Source: Chlamydiota bacterium (GTDB lineage: Bacteria; Auribacterota; Tritonobacteria; UBA1439). Taken from it: DNA of 64,000 nt. Shown piece after piece: positions 39,344 through 49,298 of the stretch. Position numbers and translations under genes: made by a program. The notes beneath the pieces were generated by a model. It did no database searches, was not told where the DNA came from, and saw only the letters and a program-made list of their open reading frames with translations. Location of the stretch: the NCBI GenBank assembly GCA_037133055.1, contig JBAXOY010000001.1, forward strand, positions 32,236 to 96,235. Direction: 5' to 3'. Within the stretch, counting starts at the first letter, position 1. Every line of letters starts with the position of its first letter.

Positions 39344-41179
39344 ATGCCCACCATGAAAGGCAACGCCCCGGTCGATCTGTTCGTCTACGGCACCCTCGCC
39401 TACGACCGCACCATGCGCGCCCTCACCGGGCGCATATTCCCGAAGAGGCCCTGTGTCCTGAAAGGCTACACGCGCGTCATGCCCCCCTGCGGCTATTCCT
39501 ACATCATCCCGGATAAGGGGGGCGCGGTGAACGGCTATCTCGTCGAAGGCCTGACCAGGCGCCACCTCGCCCGGCTCGACGCGTACGAGGCGGAAGGGGA
39601 CATGTATCACCGGCGGCGGGTGACTGTCGCGCGGGCGGGGAAAAACCGCCCCGCATATGCCTACGTGGCCAATCGGGACCGGATCGAGCGCCACTTCGGC
39701 GGCGGGGAAGAGACCGGCGCGAGAGATGCCTCCGTGATCGTCGACGAAATTATCGAGGAGGAAGCAGCCCGCGCCTCGGGGAAACGGCCTTCCCGCGAAA
39801 CGATGACCGCCTACCGCGAGCTCCTCGATGAAACGGTCGAGGAGCTCCGCACCGCGCGCCGCGGCGGGAAACCGCTGCCGCGGGAGGAGATGCGCCGCGC
39901 CCTTCGCACCCCCGGCATCCCCACGCTCGCGCCGCTGAAAAAGACGGACCACCCGGCGCGCCCCTACGCGGGCGCGTACCTCCGCTTCGTCGTGAGGCAT
40001 ATCGTCTTCAGCCACATCGAAGAACGGATCGCAGCCCGTTTTCGCGACCTGGTCGCCCAGCCGGTGACGTTCTACTCCCGCGCGCGGAGCGCCTTTGCCG
40101 CCCTGGCGTCCGTGAACGAGAAGAAAGACGAGATCGAGGAGTCCATCGAGCGCGAGGGATGCGGCAGTCTCCGGGACGACTGGGACTACCTCGAGTACGC
40201 CCTCCGCGGGCTCCGTATCGCCTCGCGCGTCTTTGACGCCTGCAACGCCGCGGGGGCCTGCCGCCTCGCCAGGAGGGACGCGCAGCCCGGGGCCATTCCA
40301 CTCGGGGCCGAGCTCGAGTTCAGCAATCTCGGCGCGCGCGCGATCGGCGCCGCGCCGGGGCAGGACCCCGAGTTCGATGGTTTCTACTACGTCCGGGACT
40401 TCGACCTCATCCGGAGGGGCTGGAAGCTCGGGCTACACGTGGACAACCATCGCGCGGTCTGCGCGCCCGGGGAACGCTGCAGGGGGTTCCTCGAGTACGC
40501 GCTCGGGCGGTGGAGGATCGCCGCCGACCTCTCCAGGCCGGTGACCAACGACCCGTGTCTCCTCGCGGGGCTCGTCCGGGAAGCGGCGGCGTTCTGCGGG
40601 ATACCGGCCCACAGCCTCCATCTCTCCCTCGAGATCCCCCCGGGGCGCCCGTATGGGCCGGTGGAGCAGCCAAGCGACCTCCTCTGCCTGCTGCTTCTCG
40701 GGGGTGACCTGCGGCGGGACGAGTCGGGAACGATGCGGGAGATGCGAATCCGCAACCGCGAGATCGAGGATGACCGCGGCGGGCTTTACTTCTCCAGGGA
40801 AAATGTCCACTCCTCCGACGGGGAGATGCAATCCGAGGTCATCGAGTACCAGTTCCCGAGGCTCAAAACGGGACACGACTTCACGCCGCTCATCATGGCC
40901 CTCAAGGGGTTCCAGCTCGCCGGGAATCCCCACCCCGTGAACCCGTTCATGGCCGGCGGCGACTACCGCCCCGACCACCCGCTGCTGAAGGAGTTGAAGC
41001 GCTGGGCCGAATGCCCGTGTCCGCTCCCGGGCGCGGCGATCGGCCGGTTCCTCTCCCGCGTCGAGGCGGGGCTGAACTCGGAGTTGTCCGGCGCGCCCGC
41101 CCACTCGCCCGCCTTCATCAGAAACTCGATCGAATCCGTGGCGCGCAAGCTCCGCGACGCGAACGATTCGCTGCGCTGA
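39344..41179 (+). CDS. Hypothetical protein with N-terminal gamma-glutamylcyclotransferase-like (AIG2/GGCT) domain fused to ~490-aa uncharacterised region
   Basis: DLFVYGTLAYDRTMRALTG…GYLVEG…LDAYEAEGDMY matches the GGCT-like fold. Remainder has no recognised family. Confidence 0.5.
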   Translation: MPTMKGNAPVDLFVYGTLAYDRTMRALTGRIFPKRPCVLKGYTRVMPPCGYSYIIPDKGGAVNGYLVEGLTRRHLARLDAYEAEGDMYHRRRVTVARAGKNRPAYAYVANRDRIERHFGGGEETGARDASVIVDEIIEEEAARASGKRPSRETMTAYRELLDETVEELRTARRGGKPLPREEMRRALRTPGIPTLAPLKKTDHPARPYAGAYLRFVVRHIVFSHIEERIAARFRDLVAQPVTFYSRARSAFAALASVNEKKDEIEESIEREGCGSLRDDWDYLEYALRGLRIASRVFDACNAAGACRLARRDAQPGAIPLGAELEFSNLGARAIGAAPGQDPEFDGFYYVRDFDLIRRGWKLGLHVDNHRAVCAPGERCRGFLEYALGRWRIAADLSRPVTNDPCLLAGLVREAAAFCGIPAHSLHLSLEIPPGRPYGPVEQPSDLLCLLLLGGDLRRDESGTMREMRIRNREIEDDRGGLYFSRENVHSSDGEMQSEVIEYQFPRLKTGHDFTPLIMALKGFQLAGNPHPVNPFMAGGDYRPDHPLLKELKRWAECPCPLPGAAIGRFLSRVEAGLNSELSGAPAHSPAFIRNSIESVARKLRDANDSLR

Positions 41180-41243
41180 AGGATCCGCAGGGGCGCCTCC
41201 CGGCGGTGACACGTGGGGGGGACAGCGCATCACGTTGCGCCGC

Positions 41244-41765
41244 CTACCATCTCGGCGGGGAGACGCCCGGAGGAAGGGATTTGCCGTCGCGCGTGGTCTC
41301 CTCGGAGAGCTGCATGTATTGCTTCACGCGCCATCCAGTGGGAGTCTTAATCAGCATAGCGCTCCACCGGCTGACGGTTTGATACTTGTATTCCATGTCC
41401 GCCTTGAGCCTGAAGTTGATCGTTGTCACATAGGTGATGCTCGCGCGCGGAACCTCGACCTCCGCTTCGAGGAGCTTATAATTCGCTTGCATAGAGGCTA
41501 TCTTCCCGCAATCCTTATCCGCCTTCTCCTTCCACTTCTCGATGGTCATGGTTGTCCCGTCGGCGTATCGCAGAGTTGCCTCTGGAATGGCAATAGCGGT
41601 GATCTCATCCAAATCCATTCCGCCACGGTGGTTGAAGCCCCCCGCCGCGGCGTCCAAAAGGGCTTGGATATCTGTCCGGGCCGTCGAATCCTGGGCCCAT
41701 CCGGGAGGGAGAACAATTCCCGTCGCCAGAACGCCCGCCAGAACCGCCGCCGAAAATTTTTTCAT
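41244..41765 (-). CDS. Hypothetical secreted protein (NTF2/SnoaL-like size and composition)
   Basis: Signal peptide. Lower local GC than surroundings. Confidence 0.35.
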   Translation of the reverse strand: MKKFSAAVLAGVLATGIVLPPGWAQDSTARTDIQALLDAAAGGFNHRGGMDLDEITAIAIPEATLRYADGTTMTIEKWKEKADKDCGKIASMQANYKLLEAEVEVPRASITYVTTINFRLKADMEYKYQTVSRWSAMLIKTPTGWRVKQYMQLSEETTRDGKSLPPGVSPPRW

Positions 41766-41845
41766 TCCGTATCTCCATTACTCCGACACACCGGGAGTAT
41801 ACCCAAAAGCGCCGCCGCGCGCCGTAATTAATATTCCGGGCAGGG

Positions 41846-42082
41846 CTAATATGTGAAAAGGTCCCCGAGGGTGTAGTTCCTGCCCGAGGCCCTGTTCATC
41901 GCTTCGAGGATCCTGCGCTGGATGTGAGGCGTCAGCCGCCTGCCCTTGCAAGCCCGGGATACCATCTTGTGGGTAAGCTGTTCCGTCGACGCCGCCACGA
42001 GATCATGGGGCTTCAGGCCGCGCCCGGCCATGACCCGCGCGATCGGCTGCGCGCCGAGATCCCGCCCGCTTTCGGCACCCAT
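41846..42082 (-). CDS. Hypothetical small protein
   Basis: ORF only. No family recognised. Confidence 0.2.
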   Translation of the reverse strand: MGAESGRDLGAQPIARVMAGRGLKPHDLVAASTEQLTHKMVSRACKGRRLTPHIQRRILEAMNRASGRNYTLGDLFTY

Positions 42083-42140
42083 CCCATGCCTCCCTCCCCG
42101 GCCTCGTACGCCCCTCGCGCGCGGTCGCGCATTGAGGCGG

Positions 42141-42314
42141 CTACATGGCGGGTTGTGCTACCGGCTTTTCGGTTTTCCAGATGGGGACTCCCAGCACCTT
42201 GACCTGATGCTTCTTCTCCTTCTTATTGGTTTTCGTCTTGTCGCTCACCAGCGCGCACCCCGCCAGTGAGACGAAGAGCACGCAGAGCACCGCCGACGCC
42301 GTTATCCTTCTCAT
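42141..42314 (-). CDS. Small lipoprotein
   Basis: MRRITASAVLCVLFVSLAGC lipobox followed by a Lys-rich tail. Confidence 0.35.
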   Translation of the reverse strand: MRRITASAVLCVLFVSLAGCALVSDKTKTNKKEKKHQVKVLGVPIWKTEKPVAQPAM

Positions 42315-42428
42315 TCCCCTACCCCCTTTCCCGTGCGTCCCGGACTCTTCCGATGTGGCATCCGAGGGCACTCACGGGCACCGCTGCAACCCGCCGCCGG
42401 TCGTGTCCCGCCGAACCCGGGAAGGCAC

Positions 42429-43109
42429 TCATCCAGAGAGAGAAAAATCCCATCCCATTTCAACCGCCAGCCAATGCGGGAGGAGCAGTATCGAACGCGA
42501 GTACTCCACGCCCGCCTTTTCTATCCGACCCTTGATCGCCTCGGTGAACCGGCGTGCCGACGCCACCACGGACCCTATCACCACCGGAGCGGGGCGTGCG
42601 GATTCCGGGTCGTGTGCGGCGCGGCAGGAACGCGGATGCGAACGGACGAAGTGCGTCCGGCAGACGACCGGTCTCACGGGATAGGCGATGCAGGAGCCGT
42701 GCACCAGCAGCGGGCAAAAATGGTCGCGCGCGGGAATATCCGTCCGCGTCCCGACCCTCGCCGCGGGATATCTCCCCGGCATGGAATTGTCCCACTCATG
42801 CCATTGCCATGTTCGCATGCGGAGCTCGCGTATCAGGGCTCGCGGCATTTCCCGCCTGATATAGCGCGCGAGGGTATGGGCCTCCGCGCTGTTCGTCATG
42901 ATAAGGTACCGGCAGCAGTGGGGACAGCCCGATGTGCACGGCGGGATGACCTCCTCTTCGCGACACAGCCGATCCAGTTCTCGCGCAATCGCCGCATCCA
43001 GTGATGCGTACACGCCCGTGACGAATTTTTCCTGCGGCGTGATCGGGATGCCGGCCGCAGATTTCCCGGCGCGTACACCGGCCTTGCGGCCCTTGATCAT
43101 GGTCGTCAT
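42429..43109 (-). CDS. YkgJ-family zinc/iron-chelating Cys-cluster protein (UPF0153)
   Basis: CTSGCPHCC…C cluster typical of PF03692. Confidence 0.55.
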   Translation of the reverse strand: MTTMIKGRKAGVRAGKSAAGIPITPQEKFVTGVYASLDAAIARELDRLCREEEVIPPCTSGCPHCCRYLIMTNSAEAHTLARYIRREMPRALIRELRMRTWQWHEWDNSMPGRYPAARVGTRTDIPARDHFCPLLVHGSCIAYPVRPVVCRTHFVRSHPRSCRAAHDPESARPAPVVIGSVVASARRFTEAIKGRIEKAGVEYSRSILLLPHWLAVEMGWDFSLSG

Positions 43110-43190
43110 CCCCGCTTCTCCGGGAAGGACCCCGGACATGTTTCGGGATCAATCGTGCATTTTCAACAAGATAACGCGACCCCGATTCAA

Positions 43191-44315
43191 TCAAACAAGA
43201 TGCTTGATGAAACACCTTCTCCGCTTATGCTGTCGCTTATCAAAGTATTTCCACTGCTCCCGGACATGCCTGTTCGTCTCGAGTTCCGGATTTGATTCGA
43301 CCCTGATGATGCCGAATGCATTAAACGCCTCATGCATCTTCTGGATCACCACCGCATTCACGCCCTTGCCCTGGTATTCGGACCTCACTGCCATCAAATA
43401 GAGGTCCGCCTGGTCATTTTTCCGGAGTGCGCGCATGATATGGATGAATCCGCACGGGAACAGTCTTCCCCCCGCCTTCTGGAGCGCCCTCGACAGCGAG
43501 GGGATCGCGATGCCGAACGCGACCATGCGGTTGTTCTTGTCAAGCACCACCGGCGCGAATGCCGGGGTGATGAAGTTGAAATACTTGTGTATGTACGCAT
43601 CGACCTGACGTTCCGTCAACGGCGCCGCGGCGTACTGGTACTGGTATTCATCCTCGATCACACGGAAGAGATCCCTGGCATACGGCAGCAGCTCTTTTCT
43701 GTTTCGCACCTCCAGCGTGTGCAGCGCATAGCGCCGCAGCACCACATCGGCAATCCTGGAGATTTTCTCATGGGGTTTGAGCGGGCCCACCAGCTCGTAT
43801 TCCACCCAGTCGGCATCTTTTACATATCCCAGTTTCTCCATATGCGCCGCGTAGTAGGGGTGGTTATAGATCGTGGCCAGTGTGCCGAGTTCGTCGAACC
43901 CCTCTACCAGCATGCCCTCCGGATCGAGGTTGGCGAAACCCAGGGGTCCGTGCACCTCGGTCATGCCCGTCGACCGCGCCCATGACTCGACCGTCGTCAG
44001 CAGGGCCTCCGACACGGCCGCATCGTCGACAAAGTCGATCCAGCCGAACCGCATCGCGCGCCGCTTCCACTTCCGGATGTACAGCCGGTTGAGTATGCCC
44101 GCGATACGGCCGACCATGCGGCCCCGGCGGTACGCCAGCCAGTACCTCGCCTCGCAATTTTGGAAGGCGGGATTCTTGTCCCTGCGGAGGGTGTGGTACT
44201 GATCCATGAAGAGGGGAGGGACCCAATTCGGGTTGTCGCGGTACAGCGTATGGGGAAAGCGGATGAAGGATTTCAACTCCTTCCGGGTAACGACTTCCCG
44301 TACCTGCACGTCCAT
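43191..44315 (-). CDS. GNAT-like two-domain acyltransferase (Fem/BioF2-like)
   Basis: Two GNAT-like halves. Family resemblance only. Confidence 0.45.
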   Translation of the reverse strand: MDVQVREVVTRKELKSFIRFPHTLYRDNPNWVPPLFMDQYHTLRRDKNPAFQNCEARYWLAYRRGRMVGRIAGILNRLYIRKWKRRAMRFGWIDFVDDAAVSEALLTTVESWARSTGMTEVHGPLGFANLDPEGMLVEGFDELGTLATIYNHPYYAAHMEKLGYVKDADWVEYELVGPLKPHEKISRIADVVLRRYALHTLEVRNRKELLPYARDLFRVIEDEYQYQYAAAPLTERQVDAYIHKYFNFITPAFAPVVLDKNNRMVAFGIAIPSLSRALQKAGGRLFPCGFIHIMRALRKNDQADLYLMAVRSEYQGKGVNAVVIQKMHEAFNAFGIIRVESNPELETNRHVREQWKYFDKRQHKRRRCFIKHLV

Positions 44316-44377
44316 GGTGTCACTCTTCAAGGCGGCCGGTCCTGCCCGGCGGTATCGTCGGGGTGAGGCCGCGATGA

Positions 44378-44650
44378 TCATATGCCGATGGTGCTCAACG
44401 CGTCTATCACCCGCCCCACGGCCATCGTCAGGGAGAGGTGCGACGCCTCGAAGTGCCGGGCGGATTCCGTGAGTTTTTCGAGAAACTGCTGGTGCCGATG
44501 CGCCGGGATTTCCCCGCCGCCGTCGATGAGCGTTTCGATTTCATCCAGCATGCCCTGGATGCGCTCGCGGACGCCGGCATCGACCGGCCGGGCCTTCCGG
44601 AGTTCGGCACGGAGTTCATGGATCGTTGTGCGAAGCCTTTGCTCCTTCAT
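44378..44650 (-). CDS. DUF4404-like small protein
   Basis: 90 aa, helical, LRxxLxxL N-terminus. Confidence 0.4.
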   Translation of the reverse strand: MKEQRLRTTIHELRAELRKARPVDAGVRERIQGMLDEIETLIDGGGEIPAHRHQQFLEKLTESARHFEASHLSLTMAVGRVIDALSTIGI

Positions 44651-45192
44651 GCGCTATCCCTTTCCTGTCCCGCGGCCACGCAGTCGACCTGCGGGCTGTA
44701 GACGACCCTATTCTCCATCTCCTCCCTCATCTCGCGCAATGCCAATCCGGCGTCATACTCCGCATTGAACATGAAGGGCTTCCCATCGAGGATATAACGG
44801 TAGATGAAGCAATCCGTCACGGGGGTGGGGATTTTCAGCAGGTCTGCGGGGCTGATCCATTCCAGAACGCCCTCATTGCAGCCGGGCGGTTCCCGGCGGT
44901 CCACATCCGCGATGTAGACAAAGCAGATCCAGTTGTATTCCGCCGGCGAGCTCTCCACCAGGACCCCGCAATAGCGCGCGTCCGTGATCTCAATCCCCGT
45001 CTCCTCGCGGGTCTCCCGTATCACCGCGTCACGCGGGCTCTCGAACGGGTTGATCTTCCCTCCCACCGGCGTGTACATCCCCTTGTTCGGGTCTCTGTAC
45101 CTCTTGAGAAGAAGGTACCGGTCCCCCGATCTCAGGATGCAGAGAACCGCGGGCTGCTTGTGGCCGTGGGGAACGAACACGGGCGTCTCCAT
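44647..45192 (-). CDS. NUDIX hydrolase
   Basis: Nudix box GGKINPFESPRDAVIRETREETG. Start at METPVF. The extension encoded by the MITE-like copy was rejected. Confidence 0.75.
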   Translation of the reverse strand: METPVFVPHGHKQPAVLCILRSGDRYLLLKRYRDPNKGMYTPVGGKINPFESPRDAVIRETREETGIEITDARYCGVLVESSPAEYNWICFVYIADVDRREPPGCNEGVLEWISPADLLKIPTPVTDCFIYRYILDGKPFMFNAEYDAGLALREMREEMENRVVYSPQVDCVAAGQERDSA

Positions 45193-45208
45193 TCTCCAAA
45201 GGGTGCAA

Positions 45209-45261
45209 GGAGCCTGTCCGAGCAATGGATCTCGACGCCCACTACTCGGACAGGCTCCTAG
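45209..45261. mobile_element. MITE-like palindromic element, copy 2 (53 bp hairpin derivative)
   Basis: GGAGCCTGTCCGAGCAATGGATCTCGACGCCCACTACTCGGACAGGCTCCTAG. 14-bp perfect stem. Confidence 0.6.
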
Positions 45262-45343
45262 GATATCAAATAATCCGCCGGGGTGTACCCGCGCGCACGG
45301 AATTGATTACCGGCACGTGAACGGATTCATTATACTATCTTCC

Positions 45344-46930
45344 ATGTGGGAAGTCCCATGTTTAATGCTCGCTTCCTTTTTATGCGCCGCGGCGCCCGGG
45401 GCATCCCCCGCGGCATTGACGGGCGCCGGCGATGGAGAGACCATGCGATTCGTGATCGACGATATGCGCCTCGAGGCGGAGGCGCTCATCCTTGAGCAGG
45501 GTGTGCGCTCCTGGGAGAACCGCGTCTACGGCGACCAGGTGGACATCGCCCAGACGTACGCGGGACACGAGAGACTCTTCAGTCCCGGGGCGATCGCGGC
45601 GGTCGAGCGGGCGATCGGGGCCGCGGCGGAGCCGAGGGATAAGAAGGCCCTCCGCTACTTCACGCGCTACCTGCTCTCGGAGCAGATCGACAAGGCCGTG
45701 GCGCCCCTGAGCGACAGGATCCGCAACACCGAGTCGGGCTCGGAGACAGTCGTGGACGGGGGGAAGGTCCCCTACCCCCAGCTCGCCGTCCTCCTCGCCA
45801 CCGAGGCCGACTACGCGAAGCGGCAGCGGATCTCCGACGCCGCCCTCCCCGTGCTCGCGAAGATCGAGCCCGACGGGGTCGAAAAGGAGGAGAAAAGCCG
45901 GGCGCTCGCGCGCGCGCTCGGCTTCGACTCCTACAACGCCCTGAGCGAGGAGCTCCGGTCGTTCTCCCTCGACGCGCTCGCCCGGGACTGCGAAACAATC
46001 CTCGCCACGACGGAGCCCGCCTACGCAACGCTGCTCAAAAAGGTGACCCCCGAGTTCATCGGCGTTCCCGTCGAGAAGCTCCGGCGGTGCGACATCGCCC
46101 GGATGTTCCAGCTTGACCGGTACAAGGGCGGTTTCCCCGCCGCGGGGCTGATGCCGGCGGTCTCCTCCACGCTCGGGGGGATGGGAATCGACCTGAGGGA
46201 GCAGAAGAACATCCTCATCCACGACGAGCCCCTGCCGAAGAAGAATCCCCGCGCGGCCTGTTTCGGCCTGAAGGTTCCAGACGACATACGCCTCACCGTC
46301 AAGCCGACCGGGGGCGTTCCGGACTACGAGACGCTCCTGCACGAGATGGGGCACGCCCAGCATTTCGCGAACACGCGGACCGACCATTTCGAGTTCGCGC
46401 AGCTCGGGGACAACACGGTGACGGAGGCGTACGCATTCCTCTTCGAGGAGCTGATGGACGACCCGGCGTGGGTGCGGGAGCACACCGCCCTCCCCCCCGC
46501 CGATCTGGAGGCCTACGGCGAGTTCCGGAGATTTTCACGGCTCTATTTCGCCCGCCGCTACGCCGCGAAAATACTCTACGAGCGAGAGCTCCACTCGGGG
46601 GCGTCCGATCCGAGGGAGATCTACCGGAAGACGCTCTCCCGCGCCTACGGGTTCCCCCTGGACGGGAGGGACGCCGCGCGCTACCTGAGCGACGTGGACG
46701 ACTACTACTATGCGGCGGACTATCTCCGCGCCTGGTTCCTGAAGGCGCAGATCGAGAAGGCGCTCAAAGACAAGTTCGGCGAACGGTGGTTCAAAAATCC
46801 CCGGACAGGGGCGTTTTTGAAGTCGTTGTGGCGCTACGGCCAGGAGCTGAACGGCGACGAGCTCGCGAGGCATCTCGGCTATGCGGGCCTCACACCTGCG
46901 TTGTTCATACACAATCTACTGGGAGAGTGA
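45344..46930 (+). CDS. Secreted zinc metallopeptidase, M3-like (HEMGH)
   Basis: Signal peptide. HEMGHAQH zinc motif. Size and composition consistent with the oligoendopeptidase family. Confidence 0.6.
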   Translation: MWEVPCLMLASFLCAAAPGASPAALTGAGDGETMRFVIDDMRLEAEALILEQGVRSWENRVYGDQVDIAQTYAGHERLFSPGAIAAVERAIGAAAEPRDKKALRYFTRYLLSEQIDKAVAPLSDRIRNTESGSETVVDGGKVPYPQLAVLLATEADYAKRQRISDAALPVLAKIEPDGVEKEEKSRALARALGFDSYNALSEELRSFSLDALARDCETILATTEPAYATLLKKVTPEFIGVPVEKLRRCDIARMFQLDRYKGGFPAAGLMPAVSSTLGGMGIDLREQKNILIHDEPLPKKNPRAACFGLKVPDDIRLTVKPTGGVPDYETLLHEMGHAQHFANTRTDHFEFAQLGDNTVTEAYAFLFEELMDDPAWVREHTALPPADLEAYGEFRRFSRLYFARRYAAKILYERELHSGASDPREIYRKTLSRAYGFPLDGRDAARYLSDVDDYYYAADYLRAWFLKAQIEKALKDKFGERWFKNPRTGAFLKSLWRYGQELNGDELARHLGYAGLTPALFIHNLLGE

Positions 46931-47704
46931 ATGAGATCTTTCATGGAAGTCGCGGTGCGCGCCGCGCGCGAGGCGGGCGCGATCATCAGGCGTGATTTCG
47001 GCAGGCCCTCCGGCGTGAGCTTCAAGGCCAGGATGAACCCGGTCACGGAAACCGATCTGGCGGCGGAGCGCGCGGTCGTATCCGTCCTCGCGCGGGAGTT
47101 CCCATCCCACGACATCCTGACGGAGGAATCGGCTCAGGCCCCGCGCCGCTCGGAGTACCTCTGGGTCATCGACCCGATGGACGGCACCGTCAACTTCACG
47201 CACAACTACCCGTGCGTCTGCGCGTCGGTGGGGTTGATGCGCGGGGATGAAATTATCGCCGGCGCCGTGTTCGACCCGATCCACGGCGAGCTCTTCGCCG
47301 CCGGGAAGGGCGATGGGGCAACGCTGAACGGGTCGCCCCTTCGCGTCTCCTCAGTCCCCTCGCTCGAGGGGAGCCTCCTCTGCACCGGTTTTCCCTACCG
47401 GCTCGTGGAGAACCCCGGGGATACGTTCCGTGTCTTTGAGCGCATCTCTCTTCTCGTTCAGGGCGTCAGGCGGGACGGCTCCGCGGCGCTCGACATCTGC
47501 TATGTGGCGGCGGGGCGGTTCGAGGGATTCTGGGAGCGGGAACTCAGGCCCTGGGACACGGCGGCGGGCGTGCTGATCCTCAGGGAGGCGGGAGGCCGGG
47601 CGACGGATTTCGCGGGGAAGGAGTTCGACCCGTTCATGAAGGAGATCGCCTGCACGAATAGCCTCGTCCACGAGGAGATGCTCGGCCTCTTCCGGACGGC
47701 GTGA
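46931..47704 (+). CDS. suhB: Inositol monophosphatase family protein
   Basis: EESAQ…WVIDPMDGT…DPIHGE motifs. Confidence 0.85.
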   Translation: MRSFMEVAVRAAREAGAIIRRDFGRPSGVSFKARMNPVTETDLAAERAVVSVLAREFPSHDILTEESAQAPRRSEYLWVIDPMDGTVNFTHNYPCVCASVGLMRGDEIIAGAVFDPIHGELFAAGKGDGATLNGSPLRVSSVPSLEGSLLCTGFPYRLVENPGDTFRVFERISLLVQGVRRDGSAALDICYVAAGRFEGFWERELRPWDTAAGVLILREAGGRATDFAGKEFDPFMKEIACTNSLVHEEMLGLFRTA

Positions 47705-47834
47705 CCCCCCGGGAAGGCCCCGGGTCCCGACCCTTTTCTACGAGAGGAACTGAATGCTCAAGGGGCGGCTCGGATATTGTTTTTATGCTAGAATTCGCAC
47801 GCTGAAAACGCCTGACCACGGAGCGACCTTCCCG

Positions 47835-49298
47835 ATGAAGCCGGCATCCGGCCGCATCGCGCGGTTCCTGGCATGCGCCGCGCTGGCGGCGATGTGCGGC
47901 GGAGGGGCCCGCGCCGAGCAGGGGGATGCAACCGCTCCCCCCCTCCCCCTCCAGGGGGGAGGGGATGCGATGCGCAGGAGCGGAGACGCCGCGCCGGTCC
48001 TCACCTTCGACGAGTGCGTCCGGAGGGTGCTCGCCTGGTACCCGGTTTTGAAGAAGCAGCACGCGCGCGTCGACGAGGCGCTCGCGGAGCGCGCGCTCGC
48101 GGTGAGCGGCCTCCTCCCCCGCGGGCGGGGCGTCGCCTCCGTGACGGCCACCGACAGCCCGCTGAACGTCTTCGGGATGCTGCTCAACCAGCGCTCCGTC
48201 ACGATGCGGGATTTTGAGCCGGACAACGTCAACAATCCGGGGCGCCGGACGAACTTCAACTTCGGCCTCCAGGGCGAGATGCCCCTCTTCAACGCATTCC
48301 AGACCTTCTATGCCATCCGCGCGGCGAAGCTCTCCGTCGAGGCATCCAGGGGGCAGGAATCGTTCACCGGGATGGAGGCCTCCCTCCTCGCCGCGGAGGC
48401 GTACCTGCGGCTCCTGCTCTGCGAGAGGACCTATGCCCTCGCGGAGCGTGTGCACGCGGACGGGGAGAAGGATATCCGGGAGGCGGAGAGCCTCAAGGAG
48501 CGGGGGATGATACTCGGCGCGGACTTCTACGCCGCGAAGGTGATTCAGGGCGGCATCACGCAGACGGAGCGGAGGTGCGACGCCCGGCGACGCGCGGCGC
48601 GGCTCCTGCTGAACATCCTTATGAACGAGGACCCCGCGAGGGACTACGCGATCGAGGGCGCGCTCCCCTCCGGCACGCGCGAGGCGAAGCCGCTCGCCGA
48701 CTGGCTCTCCGCGGCCGAAAAGGCGCGCCCGGACCTCGCCGCGGTCCGGGCGGGCGTCAAGGCGCAGGAGGCCATCCTTTCGAAGGAAAAGACCTCGATA
48801 CTCCCCCGCGTCAGCGCCCTCGGCGCCGTGGAGGAGAACACGCGCGACATGCGGCACGGGGCGGGAAACTACACGATGGGGTTCGCGGGGAATATGGATT
48901 TTCTCGACCCGTCGTATCTCCCGAGGATACAGCGGGCGCGCGGGCGCATGGAACAGCTCATACAGGACGAGGCGATCCTCATGGACTCGATCCGGCGGTC
49001 CATCTCGGAGGCGTACGAGAACTACGGGGCGGTCAGGTTCAATCTCCCGGTCCTCGCGCAGGCGGGGGCCGACGCCCGCGAGGCGGTGAACCTCACCGCC
49101 CCCCTCTACCGCGAGGGGAGAAAGTCGATCAAGGACCTTCTCGAGATAAGGAACATGTCCCTCGGCATGGATTCGGCCGCGGACCAGCTCCGCTACGACT
49201 CGGAGCTCGGGTATGCCACGCTGCTCTTCCTCTCGGGATCGCTCGGGGAGCCGGAGATCAGGGAGATGGGGCGGCGGATAGCGGGAGCGGGGCAATGA
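47835..49298 (+). CDS. TolC-family outer membrane efflux protein
   Basis: Signal peptide MKPASGRIARFLACAALAAMCGG. Duplicated OMF repeats. Confidence 0.7.
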   Translation: MKPASGRIARFLACAALAAMCGGGARAEQGDATAPPLPLQGGGDAMRRSGDAAPVLTFDECVRRVLAWYPVLKKQHARVDEALAERALAVSGLLPRGRGVASVTATDSPLNVFGMLLNQRSVTMRDFEPDNVNNPGRRTNFNFGLQGEMPLFNAFQTFYAIRAAKLSVEASRGQESFTGMEASLLAAEAYLRLLLCERTYALAERVHADGEKDIREAESLKERGMILGADFYAAKVIQGGITQTERRCDARRRAARLLLNILMNEDPARDYAIEGALPSGTREAKPLADWLSAAEKARPDLAAVRAGVKAQEAILSKEKTSILPRVSALGAVEENTRDMRHGAGNYTMGFAGNMDFLDPSYLPRIQRARGRMEQLIQDEAILMDSIRRSISEAYENYGAVRFNLPVLAQAGADAREAVNLTAPLYREGRKSIKDLLEIRNMSLGMDSAADQLRYDSELGYATLLFLSGSLGEPEIREMGRRIAGAGQ

